Origin: an uncultured Candidatus Saccharibacteria bacterium
GTDB lineage: Bacteria > Patescibacteriota > Dojkabacteria > SC72 > WJKH01
Length of the DNA stretch: 64,000 nucleotides
Reading direction: 5' to 3'
NCBI GenBank assembly: GCA_964602665.1
Contig: CAZRRH010000003.1
Span: 66,963-130,962 of the forward strand
In this document: piece after piece, positions 17,617 through 28,070 of the stretch
Position numbering within the stretch: the stretch's first letter is position 1
Layout: every line of letters begins with the position of its first letter
Notes under the pieces: generated by a model
What the model was told of the DNA's origin: nothing
What the model saw: only the letters and a program-made list of their open reading frames with translations
Databases searched by the model: none
Position numbers and translations under genes: made by a program

Positions 17617-19989
17617 TTATTCTTCGACGATGTTTGGAGGTGGCGTTGGAGATGAGTCTTCTGTAGCAGAATTTGTAGCTGATTGCTCACTTTGCTCGTC
17701 GTCTGATTTATCAGTATCAAAAGCGTACTGATTTTTAGTTTCTTCTTGCTTATCTAATTTCTCTTTTAATTGTTGGAGATATTTAGCTTGTTCCTCATCA
17801 ATTATGGCTTCTTCACTTTCTTCTTCAGCTGGTGTACTATCGGCTTTTAGTGTAAAAGGATAATCAAGGGGTAAATCTTCTGCTGTTGTGGTCGTTGCTG
17901 CTGTAGTATCAGAGATTGTTTCATCTTTATTTGTTGTACTTTCAAGAATAGGTGAGGTTGTCTCTTTAGCGGTTGTCTTATAGAGGTTTGTGTAATAATC
18001 GTCATAGCTTTTTATTTCTTCTTGTGTTAGTTCGTCGCTTGGTTGTGGCGTTTGAGGAACAGTAGATTCTTGTGTAATTGGAGGCTTTTCCTCTTCTAAA
18101 GCTTCCTGCTTTTGTACAGGAGTCTCTACTTCTATTGCTACTTCTGATGCCTTGTTATCATCTGGAATAGTTGTTGCAACTTGTGTTGATAAAGGTTGTA
18201 CATAAGTTGTTTCTTCAGCAACTGTTTTATCTTCATCAGGTTTTTTTTCTACTTGAGTGTAAGTAAATGGATATTTATCTTCTACAAAATCATTTTGTGC
18301 GGTTGTGGTTTGGTATTTAGTCTCTTCTGATGGTGTAGGCGGTGTATAGTAATTATAGTTGTCATAATACTCCTGATTATCTTCGTTTCTATTACTAAAA
18401 ATTTTGTAAATCAGATAAGGGATCAGAATTGCCAAAAGCAACACAATTAAAGCTATAATTCCGCCAATAATTAGTATTCTTTTGGCGATCTTCTTGCCAA
18501 AAATGGTGATTTCATCTTCTGTGGCTGGCAGCTTTACAGTAAAAGATGATGAGGCTTCTGTCTTATCTGCATTGCTATCTTCAAAAGAGACGGTAAATTT
18601 ATTTTGAGAGTTATCTTCTAAGTCTTCCTCAACCTGATATGTTATATTGATTTGAGACTTTCCAGAAGCTTCTTTTTTGATCTTAGAAGTAATGTCTTTG
18701 TCGTTAAAAGTCATTTTAATCGAATCTTCTACGATTGAAATATCTGTCGCTGTACTAAGAGAGGCTTTAATTATTGGCTTTGCGTCTGTTACTTCTGTAC
18801 CATCTTTTGGGAAGAGGATTGTTATTTTGCTTTTTTCAACCTGTGGCCCATCACATTTGCCATCTTTACAAGGATCTTCCTCTATAGAGTCTTTAGTTAT
18901 ATTAAAGGGAGAAGAAACAGCTCTACCTATAGCAGGAGGAGATTGATTATCAACTGCCTCTATAATAAACTGATATTTACCCGCCTCTAGACTATCAGGA
19001 ATTGTATATTCGTAACTTGTGCTTTTATATGAGATGTTATCATCTATTGTTATCCAACTGCTTTCACTTGCGCCTTCTTTTGCTATGTACAAGACATATT
19101 TTACAATTTGATTTTGATCTGATCCTCTCCAGTTTATCTTTATTATATCTTGTGCGGAAAAAGAGCTTCCAATTAGATTTGTATTAAAGGATAGTTTGGG
19201 GGTATCGTTTTGTCTTGGGGATACACTTATTACCCATGTTTGTGATTTTGTATTGCCGTTATAACCGTCCCATATCATCACATTTGCAAGATAGCTAGCC
19301 GCTTTATCTGCCACGCCATCAAATTGGATCGTTAAATCAACACCCCCTGCATCATTGGTTGTTTTGGTTATAACAGGATTTTCAAGCCATGGCGCCTGAG
19401 GGGTAAACGAATAATGATATCCAAAACTGGACGGGCTATCAATATCATTGGCTTTAAGTGTGTGCTGATATCTATCTCCGACTTTAAGATCAGCATTATC
19501 TGCTACTGTTGTGAAATTAGGCGCTTGATTTTGCAAAATGACTTGAGCTGTTGCTGGAGATCCGCTTGCTAACATACATGGATAAACACTGTTATTTGTG
19601 GTTAGTGTCCCATAGATGCTATAAGTGCCAAGTGTTGTCGGCGTATAAATGACCTCTGTTGAGAAACTATCAGCTCCTTGAGGAAAATTTGATATATTAA
19701 TTGGTCTTTCTATTCCACTCTCATTTGAGAATATAGATAAGCTAACTGATTGCTCCCCCGGGGTGCTAGTGCTTATCTCCATGGTAACAGGCTTGTCAAC
19801 TTGTAATTTTGATGGGTCAACATACAAAAATTTAATCTGACATTTGATCGAGCTACTACTATCAAATGCATCTGTTCTGCTATCTGTATCCGCATCTGAT
19901 GAGAAAAGCGAGAAAACGACAAATGGTGTCATGATAAGGATTATTGCAAATAAGATAAGGATGTACTTTTTTTTGCTCAGCTTTTTCAT
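17617..19989 (-). CDS. large cell-surface protein with signal peptide, internal TM anchor and acidic Thr/Pro/Glu-rich C-terminal tail
   Basis: 790 aa. N-terminal hydrophobic segment, an internal TM (ILIIGGIIALIVLLLAILIPYLIY), low-complexity T/E/P-rich C-terminal third. Confidence 0.4.
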   Translation of the reverse strand: MKKLSKKKYILILFAIILIMTPFVVFSLFSSDADTDSRTDAFDSSSSIKCQIKFLYVDPSKLQVDKPVTMEISTSTPGEQSVSLSIFSNESGIERPINISNFPQGADSFSTEVIYTPTTLGTYSIYGTLTTNNSVYPCMLASGSPATAQVILQNQAPNFTTVADNADLKVGDRYQHTLKANDIDSPSSFGYHYSFTPQAPWLENPVITKTTNDAGGVDLTIQFDGVADKAASYLANVMIWDGYNGNTKSQTWVISVSPRQNDTPKLSFNTNLIGSSFSAQDIIKINWRGSDQNQIVKYVLYIAKEGASESSWITIDDNISYKSTSYEYTIPDSLEAGKYQFIIEAVDNQSPPAIGRAVSSPFNITKDSIEEDPCKDGKCDGPQVEKSKITILFPKDGTEVTDAKPIIKASLSTATDISIVEDSIKMTFNDKDITSKIKKEASGKSQINITYQVEEDLEDNSQNKFTVSFEDSNADKTEASSSFTVKLPATEDEITIFGKKIAKRILIIGGIIALIVLLLAILIPYLIYKIFSNRNEDNQEYYDNYNYYTPPTPSEETKYQTTTAQNDFVEDKYPFTYTQVEKKPDEDKTVAEETTYVQPLSTQVATTIPDDNKASEVAIEVETPVQKQEALEEEKPPITQESTVPQTPQPSDELTQEEIKSYDDYYTNLYKTTAKETTSPILESTTNKDETISDTTAATTTTAEDLPLDYPFTLKADSTPAEEESEEAIIDEEQAKYLQQLKEKLDKQEETKNQYAFDTDKSDDEQSEQSATNSATEDSSPTPPPNIVEE

Positions 19990-20009
19990 ATATTTTATTC
20001 TACACTAAA

Positions 20010-21374
20010 TTAGTCAAAATATGTAGAGTATTTTGAATTAATATTTGTCTTTGCTTCATCAAGTGCAACGGAAGGTGCTTTGCTACCATTTGTCACAGAA
20101 GAAATTGCTTTGTTTAGCTCAGATTCTACATATGCCTGATCTCCCATTTGCCATATCTTCATTGTGGGGGCTGATTCCATTACGGGTTTAACATAAGGAT
20201 GACTTGTTAACTCCTCTGCGATGTCTGGTCTAGAGTAAGGTTGTCCAAAAGAGCGTATTTTAGCACCGTTTTCATATTGTTTGCGCATTTGTTCTTTTTC
20301 GCTTAGCCATTTAATAAATTTCCAAGCTTCAAGCTGATTTTGGCTTTTATTGGGTACGGCATCGCCCCAGAACATAGCATAATCAGCTCTTGGATTATTA
20401 GGAAGTTGTGGTACGGAGGTTATGCCAAAATCTAGTTGCGCAGATGCGTTAATTATATCAAATGCCCGCCAACTAGGGCCAAAAAACATAGCTACCTTTC
20501 CTGCGTAAAATTCGTCTAGATCATAGCCTAAATCTGCTGACCAGACATTATAAACTTTTGAATAATCAGTGTAGTATTTTAGCGCATTTGAGGCTTTAGT
20601 GCCTTCAAGAGAAACTGATTTGCCATCACTACTTAATATTTGAGCTCCATTTTGAAAAAATAGCAAATTTAATATATCAGCAGAGTGTTTTACATTGCTT
20701 GAAGTTCCCATCCCAACGCCTGCTTGCGTAATTGTGCCGTTTTGATCTGTTTTTGTTAGTTTAATAGCTAGTTCAAGGAAACTATTCCAATCTGCTGGTG
20801 GTGTTGCAACCCCAGCTTGTGCCAACAGGCTTTTATTATAAAAAAGAACTAATCCGTCTATTGATTGTGGAATTGCGTAAATTTGGCCGTTTAGTCCTGT
20901 AAAAGCGTCTTGTGCAACTGGGTAAAATGCGCTTTTATAATCACTGGAAGACATTACAGAGGCAGGTATAGAAGCTAGATACGGTTGAAATTTAGGAAGC
21001 CATGTGGCATTGATTTTAATAATATCAGGAACGGGTTCGTTGGTTGTTGAACCTTGAACAAGTCTGGTGTATGTATTTAACTCGTATTGAGTAATTGATT
21101 TATTGACATACTCGATCTCAATGCTGTTGTTTAACGCCTCGTATTCGTCGATTAAAGGCTGTATTGTTGAGCTAGGCTCCCATAAGTTATAGTAAACCAG
21201 CCTGGTTTTATTTGCATTGTTGGTATTTGTCGTATCTTCATCGTCTCCGTTATTATCAGTATTCCCTTTTGGCTTTGTAAGAGAAATGATTAAAAAGGCT
21301 ATTATAATGAAAAAAACAAGTAAAATAACTCCAAAAATAATCATTTTTTTATTCATATCTTTCTGCAATAACAA
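20010..21374 (-). CDS. ABC transporter solute-binding protein (family 1, sugar-type), N-terminally membrane-anchored
   Basis: N-terminal TM. SBP-like composition with W/Y-rich ligand-pocket regions. 454 aa. Confidence 0.5.
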   Translation of the reverse strand: MLLQKDMNKKMIIFGVILLVFFIIIAFLIISLTKPKGNTDNNGDDEDTTNTNNANKTRLVYYNLWEPSSTIQPLIDEYEALNNSIEIEYVNKSITQYELNTYTRLVQGSTTNEPVPDIIKINATWLPKFQPYLASIPASVMSSSDYKSAFYPVAQDAFTGLNGQIYAIPQSIDGLVLFYNKSLLAQAGVATPPADWNSFLELAIKLTKTDQNGTITQAGVGMGTSSNVKHSADILNLLFFQNGAQILSSDGKSVSLEGTKASNALKYYTDYSKVYNVWSADLGYDLDEFYAGKVAMFFGPSWRAFDIINASAQLDFGITSVPQLPNNPRADYAMFWGDAVPNKSQNQLEAWKFIKWLSEKEQMRKQYENGAKIRSFGQPYSRPDIAEELTSHPYVKPVMESAPTMKIWQMGDQAYVESELNKAISSVTNGSKAPSVALDEAKTNINSKYSTYFD

Positions 21375-22131
21375 TTAATCTTTCAGAACCGATTCCTAAT
21401 GGCCAACAAGTCATCAAGGTGACGGTCTCTTTATTCTGTGATTCTAACACAGAGAAATCATTGGCAGGAACCTTTTTAATCTGCTTAACGGTATAAATAA
21501 AAGTGTTTCCATCTTTCTCGATGCTAAATGTATCACCAAATTTTACTTTCTCAAGCTTTGTAAAAGCTATTTCAGGGCTGTTTTTATTTGATGAAAAGAA
21601 ACTTTCAACAGTACTGTGTCCATAAATAAATGAATTCCCACCATCGCCTGGAAGAGGCGTTCCTTTGAAATGCCCTGCACCTTTTTTAAGACTTTCGTTA
21701 TAAACTACCTCATCGTAGCTATTAACATTTGGTGTTATATGAAGATCCGCTATTTGTACAGAAGGGATAGAGATTTTCATTGGTTTGCTGTAACCCTCAT
21801 CTATATGCACTTTTTTAATCGTTTTAGAAGAAACATCGTAAAAGGTATTACCTTCCTGAGTTGAAAGACCCGATTTCTCAAGAAAATTTTGAAAATAGCT
21901 TTTACCTGGGTCATAATAAGACTGCTCTATAAGCACTTGTTTTTGTGATTGAGAGATTGGCATAACAAGGGCAGAGGCTTTGCGCTCAATTATATAACCC
22001 TTGGTATAAGAAATTGCAAGCGGAATAAGCTGAGAGAGCAATATTATAAGGCCTAGTGAGCCAAATATTGCTGACATAGTGTACCTGACTTTTTTAACGG
22101 TATTTTCTTGCTCTTGATACATGTCTTCCAT
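21349..22131 (-). CDS. sortase-family transpeptidase
   Basis: N-terminal TM. FIYGHS and TLMTCWP catalytic His/Cys motifs of sortases. Confidence 0.7.
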   Translation of the reverse strand: MEDMYQEQENTVKKVRYTMSAIFGSLGLIILLSQLIPLAISYTKGYIIERKASALVMPISQSQKQVLIEQSYYDPGKSYFQNFLEKSGLSTQEGNTFYDVSSKTIKKVHIDEGYSKPMKISIPSVQIADLHITPNVNSYDEVVYNESLKKGAGHFKGTPLPGDGGNSFIYGHSTVESFFSSNKNSPEIAFTKLEKVKFGDTFSIEKDGNTFIYTVKQIKKVPANDFSVLESQNKETVTLMTCWPLGIGSERLIVIAERYE

Positions 22132-22162
22132 ATTGTACTAAATTTATCACATTTTTATTGAC

Positions 22163-22191
22163 TTGACAACAGGGAACAGATTTGGTATAAT
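22163..22191 (+). promoter_or_regulatory. consensus sigma70-like promoter (TTGACA-17-TATAAT) with about 180-nt leader upstream of rny
   Basis: Perfect -35 and -10 hexamers with a 17-nt spacer. The downstream leader contains a small hairpin (AGACGG...TCGTCT) and a 20-codon mini-ORF. Confidence 0.35.
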
Positions 22192-22369
22192 ATAAAATGA
22201 TTTTATAGCTTGGGTTAAATACGAAATTAATACAGAATAAATATATGAAAAGTGAAATATTAACTAAGATATTCAATACTTTAGCAGTATTTAAAAAGAC
22301 GGATTAAAAACTTCTCGTCTGATTTCGCATAACTCATAAAAGCTAAGTTAATTTTAGTGATTTTTTGTT

Positions 22370-23884
22370 ATGGAAATAATAGGAATAATAGCCTTAATAA
22401 TAGGGCTTGGATCGATAGGAGGTGCTGCCTATATAGTCACGAGCGGTAAGAAAAAGCTTATCTCTGACGAGCAAGCAATTGAGCTTGCAAGCACAAAAGC
22501 TAAACAGATAATTGAGAAAGCACAGCTAGAGGGTGACCAAATAGTTGAAAAAGCCGAAGAGATGGCCTCAAAGACTCGTAGAACAGTCGCCGAGCAAGAG
22601 AATTTAATGAACGAGAGGGAAAAAGCTCTTGATAATAGAGCAAAACTTCTTGATAAAAGGGCTGGCGATATAGAGTTAAATGTTTCTAAAATAAAAAGAG
22701 CAAAGAAAATTCTTGACGAGGGCAGAGACAAGCTCAAATTTGAGCTTGAGAAGATATCTCAAATGACTAGAGATGAAGCTCAGAAAAAGCTTATGGAAGA
22801 GGTCGAAGAAGATCTCAAAGATCATAAAGCAAAAAGAATTAGAGAGGTCGAGAAAGAAGCGGAAATAGAGGCTAGTACAAGAGCCAAAAATGTCCTTGTT
22901 GAAGCAATGCAAAGTGTTGCAACTGATTATGTAGGTGAAACGACGACAACGACTTTTAAAATTGACGATGAAAAGATTAAAGGCCGGGTTATTGGTAAAG
23001 ATGGTAGAAATATCCGCTCATTTGAGAAAGCAACAGGAGTTGATTTAATAATTGATGAAGCTCCAAATGAGATAGGTATATCATCATTTGATCCTATAAG
23101 AAGGGAAATTGCAAAAATTGCAATGGGTAAGCTTGTTAAAGATGGTAGAATTCATCCGGGCACAATCGAAGATGAAGTCAGAAAAGCTAAAAACGAGCTT
23201 GCAGAAGAGATTAGAAAAAACGGTCAAGTTCTTGCGGAAGAAGCTGGATGGCCAGGTATTGATCCCGATTTACTTAAAATAGTAGGTAAGATGAAATATC
23301 GTACAAGCTATGGTCAAAGTCTTATGGCTCATACAATCGAAGTTATTCGTATTGGAGCAATATTAGCCGCCGAAGTTGGAGCGGATGTTGATCTTGTAAA
23401 AAAAGCGTGCTTGTTGCACGACATGGGTAAGGTATTTACGCATAAAATTGAAGGAGCGCATCATCATATATCGGGTCAAATCGCGAGAAAGTATGGATTG
23501 CCTGAAAAGTTGGTAAACGCTATAGAGGCACATCATCTTGACATTGACACACAAAGCATAGAAGCTGTTATTGTTTATATAGCTGACGCGATATCTGGAT
23601 CTCGACCTGGTGCAAGGAAAGATAGCTATGAAGATTATATCAAAAGAGTTGAGTCAATAGAGAAAGCCGCAATGGAAGTTGGAGGAGACAAAGTTGACGA
23701 AGTATTTGCAATTCATGCAGGCAGAGAGGTCAGAGTGATTGTTAAGCCAAACGGCACAGATGACGAAGATATTCCTATACTTGCTAAGAGCATTGCAGAA
23801 AGAATCGAGAAAGATCAAACAAGTCATGGCACGGTTAAAGTCACTGTTGTAAGAGAATACAGGGTAGAGGAGAATGCAAATTAA
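22370..23884 (+). CDS. rny: ribonuclease Y
   Basis: N-terminal TM, coiled-coil, KH domain (GRVIGKDGRNIRSFE), HD domain (LLHDMGK...HH). Confidence 0.9.
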   Translation: MEIIGIIALIIGLGSIGGAAYIVTSGKKKLISDEQAIELASTKAKQIIEKAQLEGDQIVEKAEEMASKTRRTVAEQENLMNEREKALDNRAKLLDKRAGDIELNVSKIKRAKKILDEGRDKLKFELEKISQMTRDEAQKKLMEEVEEDLKDHKAKRIREVEKEAEIEASTRAKNVLVEAMQSVATDYVGETTTTTFKIDDEKIKGRVIGKDGRNIRSFEKATGVDLIIDEAPNEIGISSFDPIRREIAKIAMGKLVKDGRIHPGTIEDEVRKAKNELAEEIRKNGQVLAEEAGWPGIDPDLLKIVGKMKYRTSYGQSLMAHTIEVIRIGAILAAEVGADVDLVKKACLLHDMGKVFTHKIEGAHHHISGQIARKYGLPEKLVNAIEAHHLDIDTQSIEAVIVYIADAISGSRPGARKDSYEDYIKRVESIEKAAMEVGGDKVDEVFAIHAGREVRVIVKPNGTDDEDIPILAKSIAERIEKDQTSHGTVKVTVVREYRVEENAN

Positions 23885-24680
23885 TACTATTATGAAAATA
23901 CTTTTTATTGGAGATGTGTGCGGAAAACCGGGAAGAGAGATGATAAGGGATATTTTGCCAAATTTGCGTAAGAAAGAGCAAATAGGCCTTGTGGTCGCAA
24001 ACATTGATAATTTGGCTCACGGAATTGGTGCTTCGCCGGAGACGGTGCGTGAAATAATGTCTTATGGCGTTGACGCAATGACAAGCGGTCAACACATATG
24101 GCGTAAGCAAGAGTCAAGAGAAGTTCTTAGTGGCGAATTTCCTGTCGCTAGGCCTGCTAATTACCCAGATTTTGTAGAAGGCAAGGGCATGATAGAAGTC
24201 GATATGGGAAGCAAAGGTACTGTTTTGATAATCCATTTACTTGGTTGGGTTTTTATGAATGATCGTAACGTTTTGGAGCCACTTAACTATGCGAGTAAAA
24301 TGATTGAAGGGATCGATTATGACAAATATGTAGCAATAATAGTCGATTTCCACGCGGAAGCTACCTCTGAGAAGTTATCAATGAGTTATTTGCTTGATGG
24401 TAAAGTTAGTGCTTTAGTTGGCTCGCATACACATATTCCAACAGCTGACGAACGAATTTTGCCAAAAGGAACTGCTTATATTACAGACATGGGGATGGTC
24501 GGTCCATATAATTCCACTCTCTGGGTTAAAAATGACATCATATTGCAACAAAACATGCTGCCATATCCAGTCAAATATGAGATAGAAGAAGATGGTGAAA
24601 GAGTGTTTAATGCCGTTTTAATAGAAGCTAATAGTCCTAAAAACGCTTTTGGGATAAAGAGAATTGAGGTTATCAAATAA
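23874..24680 (+). CDS. ymdB: YmdB-like metallophosphoesterase (2',3'-cyclic-nucleotide phosphodiesterase family)
   Basis: KILFIGDVCGKPGRE N-terminus, GSHTHIPTAD motif. Conserved position immediately after rny. Confidence 0.75.
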   Translation: MQINTIMKILFIGDVCGKPGREMIRDILPNLRKKEQIGLVVANIDNLAHGIGASPETVREIMSYGVDAMTSGQHIWRKQESREVLSGEFPVARPANYPDFVEGKGMIEVDMGSKGTVLIIHLLGWVFMNDRNVLEPLNYASKMIEGIDYDKYVAIIVDFHAEATSEKLSMSYLLDGKVSALVGSHTHIPTADERILPKGTAYITDMGMVGPYNSTLWVKNDIILQQNMLPYPVKYEIEEDGERVFNAVLIEANSPKNAFGIKRIEVIK

Positions 24681-24791
24681 ATATCCTTTTGTGTATTGAC
24701 ATTTTCTTCAAATTGGATTATTGTATATGGTAGAAAGCTAATTTTTAATTAAGCGTTTCTATCTTAAAGGCGAAAGGAGGATAAGTCAAGT

Positions 24792-25064
24792 ATGTTAAAG
24801 AAAGATTTAGTCGAGAAAGTCGCTATGAAAGCTGGCATCACTAAAAAAGATGCAACAACAGCAGTCGATACAATGCTTACAAGCATCAAAGATGCATTAA
24901 GCAAAGGCGACACAGTTCTTCTTACCGGATTTGGTAAATTCGAAGTAAGAAAACGATCTGCAAGAGCGGGTATAAACCCACAGACATTGCAGAAGATTAC
25001 TTTGCCTGCATCTAAGGTTCCTGCATTTAAAGCTGGAAAGGCCTTAAAAGCAGTTGTAAAGTAA
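24792..25064 (+). CDS. hup: DNA-binding protein HU
   Basis: 90 aa. LTGFGKFEVRKRSARAGINPQT beta-arm motif of HU/IHF. Confidence 0.9.
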   Translation: MLKKDLVEKVAMKAGITKKDATTAVDTMLTSIKDALSKGDTVLLTGFGKFEVRKRSARAGINPQTLQKITLPASKVPAFKAGKALKAVVK

Positions 25065-25089
25065 GTAATAAGGTAATGCTTTGTATATG

Positions 25090-25161
25090 ACGCCCCCGCC
25101 ATTAGGATCCTGCCATTGGGAAATTAAATTTCCTAATGGCAGGGCCTATTGGCGGGGGCGT
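25090..25161 (+). terminator. long imperfect GC-rich hairpin downstream of hup (putative terminator or structured element)
   Basis: About 31-bp arms (ACGCCCCCGCCATTAGGATCCTGCCATTGGG / TCCTAATGGCAGGGCCTATTGGCGGGGGCGT) with 4 mismatches and a 10-nt AT loop. Starts 25 bp after the hup stop. No clean U-tract. Confidence 0.45.
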
Positions 25162-25217
25162 TCTCTTAGGAATTTTCTTCACTTGAAATTATAATGGTTA
25201 AATGTTATAAGTAAATA

Positions 25218-26591
25218 ATGATCAAGCAGTTCTTTGTTCCCCAAAAAAAAAATAAGTTTGAACCTTATGTTATAAGACCAATTGCCCTTTTGTTTTACAC
25301 AATATTTTTGGTCAGTGTAAATCTATATCTTGTTCCAAGAGATAAAGTTGTTGCCAGTAGCATAACTTCTCAAAGCTTAATAGAGTTAACAAATGAAGAA
25401 AGACTCAAGTATGGTCTTAACGAGCTTTCTGCGGATATTAATCTTACTAGTGCTGCTTATGCTAAGGCAAATGATATTCTTACAAATCAATATTGGGATC
25501 ATTACGGGCCAAGTGGTCAAACACCATGGTCTTTTATGATTAGCGCAGGATATAATTACTATTATGCGGGGGAGAATTTGGCTAAGGGTTTTAGCTCTAG
25601 TGAGGGTGTTCATCAAGCTCTTATGAATAGCCCAACCCATAGAGAAAATATCTTGGGAACAAATTATCAAGATATTGGTATCGCCGTCGTAGAGGGCGAT
25701 TTACTTGGAGAGAAGGTTAATCTCGTTGTCCAGATGTTTGGAAGTAAAAATGGTGATAATAATGTCCCTACAAATTCAACAGAGGTCAAAGGTGAGAGTA
25801 ATATTGATTCTTCAAGCATAAAGAGTATTAAGATAACTTATCCTAATGAGTTGGATTATATTTCTACAAATAAGATAAAGGTTACTGGTGAAGCATCTCC
25901 TGTGGATGTTAATTCAAAAGGGGCAATTTCGCTTGATCAAGAGGTCCTTGGCGAGTTTGATATTAATAATGGAAGCTGGGTATATGAGATTGGTAAGACT
26001 TTGACTCAAGGAGAACATGCTATTGTTGGTAGTGCTGATTTGGCTCGTGATAGTCGTACATTTTTTATTGATACTTTGTCTCCTATTCTTTTTGTTGATA
26101 AGATGACTTATGAGCAGAATGTGCTTGATATTTATTTGTCTGCAAATGAGCCTGACTTGGTGGTGCAAGCTGTTATAGGCTCAGACATTAAAAGTGCGGC
26201 TTTAAACGAATTTGCATTATATGAGGTCAGTATTGAGAATTATAATAATGAAAATGTTAAGATAATAGCTAAAGATAAGGCCGGCAATGTCCAAGAGGTT
26301 GATTTATCAGAACAAATAGAGAAGTTAGTTAAAAAGAATGTTCAAGGAGATGATTTTAATATTAGATCTTTAATCAGTAGTATTGACTTAAGTAGCAGAG
26401 ACATGTTTAACGGAGGTTTTATTCTTTTTGTTATGATAATAATAATTATTGAACTTATACTTTTGTATAGACAAAGACTTCTTGCATCAAAAGGATATCT
26501 CGTCACGATGCTTTTTGTCTGGTCTGTGGTGATTGTTTTAAGTTACATCATTGGTTTGGATGGCTCTTTAGGTGGAAGCATTAATGTATGA
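25218..26591 (+). CDS. CAP/SCP/PR1-like domain protein, membrane anchored at both ends
   Basis: CAP-domain motifs (HYGPSGQTPW, GENLAKGF, HQALMNSPTHRENIL) after an N-terminal TM. C-terminal double TM. Confidence 0.6.
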   Translation: MIKQFFVPQKKNKFEPYVIRPIALLFYTIFLVSVNLYLVPRDKVVASSITSQSLIELTNEERLKYGLNELSADINLTSAAYAKANDILTNQYWDHYGPSGQTPWSFMISAGYNYYYAGENLAKGFSSSEGVHQALMNSPTHRENILGTNYQDIGIAVVEGDLLGEKVNLVVQMFGSKNGDNNVPTNSTEVKGESNIDSSSIKSIKITYPNELDYISTNKIKVTGEASPVDVNSKGAISLDQEVLGEFDINNGSWVYEIGKTLTQGEHAIVGSADLARDSRTFFIDTLSPILFVDKMTYEQNVLDIYLSANEPDLVVQAVIGSDIKSAALNEFALYEVSIENYNNENVKIIAKDKAGNVQEVDLSEQIEKLVKKNVQGDDFNIRSLISSIDLSSRDMFNGGFILFVMIIIIIELILLYRQRLLASKGYLVTMLFVWSVVIVLSYIIGLDGSLGGSINV

Positions 26592-27340
26592 AGACGATTT
26601 TGTACAGTTTAACAATAAGCTTTTGCTGGATTATGATCGCTATTGCTAATCGCTGGGTTCATATGCTTGGATTTAGTTGGTTAGGAGCGACGATATTGAT
26701 TTCTTGGGTTGTTATTGGTGTTTTAAATGCGCGAGAAAAAGAGGTTAGCAAATATTCCAAGGTTCTTATTAAGATGAGATTAAAAGAGCGAATTTTTTAT
26801 TATATTACTATTCCAATTATCTTTTTTCTATCCGTGTCGGGTTATGTTTTCTTTTTGTCTCATGAGATTATGTCTTATACCATTATTGTTATTTCCTCAA
26901 TTGTTTTGTATGTTTATATGCGGGGAATTGATTCTACTTATCAGAGATATTTTTATATTACGCCGTTTAACAGGGTCTTGTTTACGCTTATGAATACGGC
27001 TGTTTTTTACCTGTTTTTATCTCTTGTTTATGCGATTCTGCCTGGCAATGTCTTTACAGGAGCGCTATCGATATTCTTTGTTTCTTTTGGGTTATTGTTT
27101 TTCGATATTATCATGAGAAAGATTGCTTCTTGGCAAGCGATTGTTGTTGCTGCTATTTCTTCATTGTTGATGACTTTTATTGTGTTTTTAAACGGCTGGC
27201 TTTTTATTATTGTTGGCGTTTTATACTTCTTTATGATAATATCCTATTGGCAAATTTATTTATCGGGAGCTAGAAAAATTGAGTATTATCTACCTCCTTT
27301 AATGTTTATAATTATGGCTTTGTTTATTATTTTGCTATGA
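26588..27340 (+). CDS. polytopic integral membrane protein, unknown function
   Basis: 250 aa, about 7 hydrophobic helices. Confidence 0.35.
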   Translation: MKTILYSLTISFCWIMIAIANRWVHMLGFSWLGATILISWVVIGVLNAREKEVSKYSKVLIKMRLKERIFYYITIPIIFFLSVSGYVFFLSHEIMSYTIIVISSIVLYVYMRGIDSTYQRYFYITPFNRVLFTLMNTAVFYLFLSLVYAILPGNVFTGALSIFFVSFGLLFFDIIMRKIASWQAIVVAAISSLLMTFIVFLNGWLFIIVGVLYFFMIISYWQIYLSGARKIEYYLPPLMFIIMALFIILL

Positions 27341-28056
27341 AAAAGAAAATTGTGTTAAAAATAGGTGGATCATTGCTTTATGACGATAATCTTGCATTGA
27401 ACACGCTTTTTTTAGCAAAGTTTAAAAAATGGCTTGATCAAAGCAAAGATATTTACAGCAAGATTGTTGTTATTGTTGGTGGAGGGAAGCTATCTAGACA
27501 GATGCAACAGAAAACACAAGGTCTAGTACAGACTGATGATGATATCCATGGTATAGCTATGCAGGTTACGATGTTAAATGCTCAGATTTTAAAAGAGATT
27601 ATGGACAGTAATGATAAAAGTATTGTCGTTCCGAGAAGCTTGGGAGAGCTTTTTGAACTTGCAACGGAAAACGATGATGCTAAAGTAGTTTTTTCTGGCG
27701 GATTGCGTAAGGGCTGGAGCACAGATATGGATGCCGCTGTTTGTGCTAATGCTATAGGGATAAATAGAGTTTATAAGCTATCAAAAACGGACGGAATTTA
27801 TGACAGCGATCCCGAGCAGAATAAAGATGCCAAGTATATAAAAGAGATTAAATGGCCAGACTATTTCGAGCTTTTTGGAGTGAATATTAAGGATAATTTG
27901 ACTCATATTCCTAATAAAAGCCTCCCGATTGATCTCGTTTGTGCTAAATACTGCGCTGATAGGACAATTGATTTTTTTGTCAGTGGGGGTAAAGATATAG
28001 AAAAGTACAGTTTATTAGCTGAAGTACTTGAAGAGGGAAGTTTTGTCCACAATTAA
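27337..28056 (+). CDS. pyrH: UMP kinase (amino-acid-kinase family)
   Basis: KIVLKIGGSLL N-terminus, VIVGGGKLSRQ, and TDGIYDSDPEQNKDAKYIKEI matching the PyrH DGVY.ADP motif. Confidence 0.55.
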   Translation: MKKKIVLKIGGSLLYDDNLALNTLFLAKFKKWLDQSKDIYSKIVVIVGGGKLSRQMQQKTQGLVQTDDDIHGIAMQVTMLNAQILKEIMDSNDKSIVVPRSLGELFELATENDDAKVVFSGGLRKGWSTDMDAAVCANAIGINRVYKLSKTDGIYDSDPEQNKDAKYIKEIKWPDYFELFGVNIKDNLTHIPNKSLPIDLVCAKYCADRTIDFFVSGGKDIEKYSLLAEVLEEGSFVHN

Positions 28057-28070
28057 AGAATTGTTCTTGA

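Noticed and set aside
17617-22131. Sortase plus surface proteins as a novel anchoring system
   Set aside because: Sortase with nearby surface proteins is ordinary. No LPXTG-like motif was identified in neighbouring proteins, so no specific claim can be supported beyond the gene calls.
22192-22369. 20-codon mini-ORF (MKSEILTKIFNTLAVFKKTD) and hairpin in the rny leader
   Set aside because: Plausible 5'-UTR regulatory features, but a short ORF in AT-rich sequence is easily due to chance. Not called as a gene.
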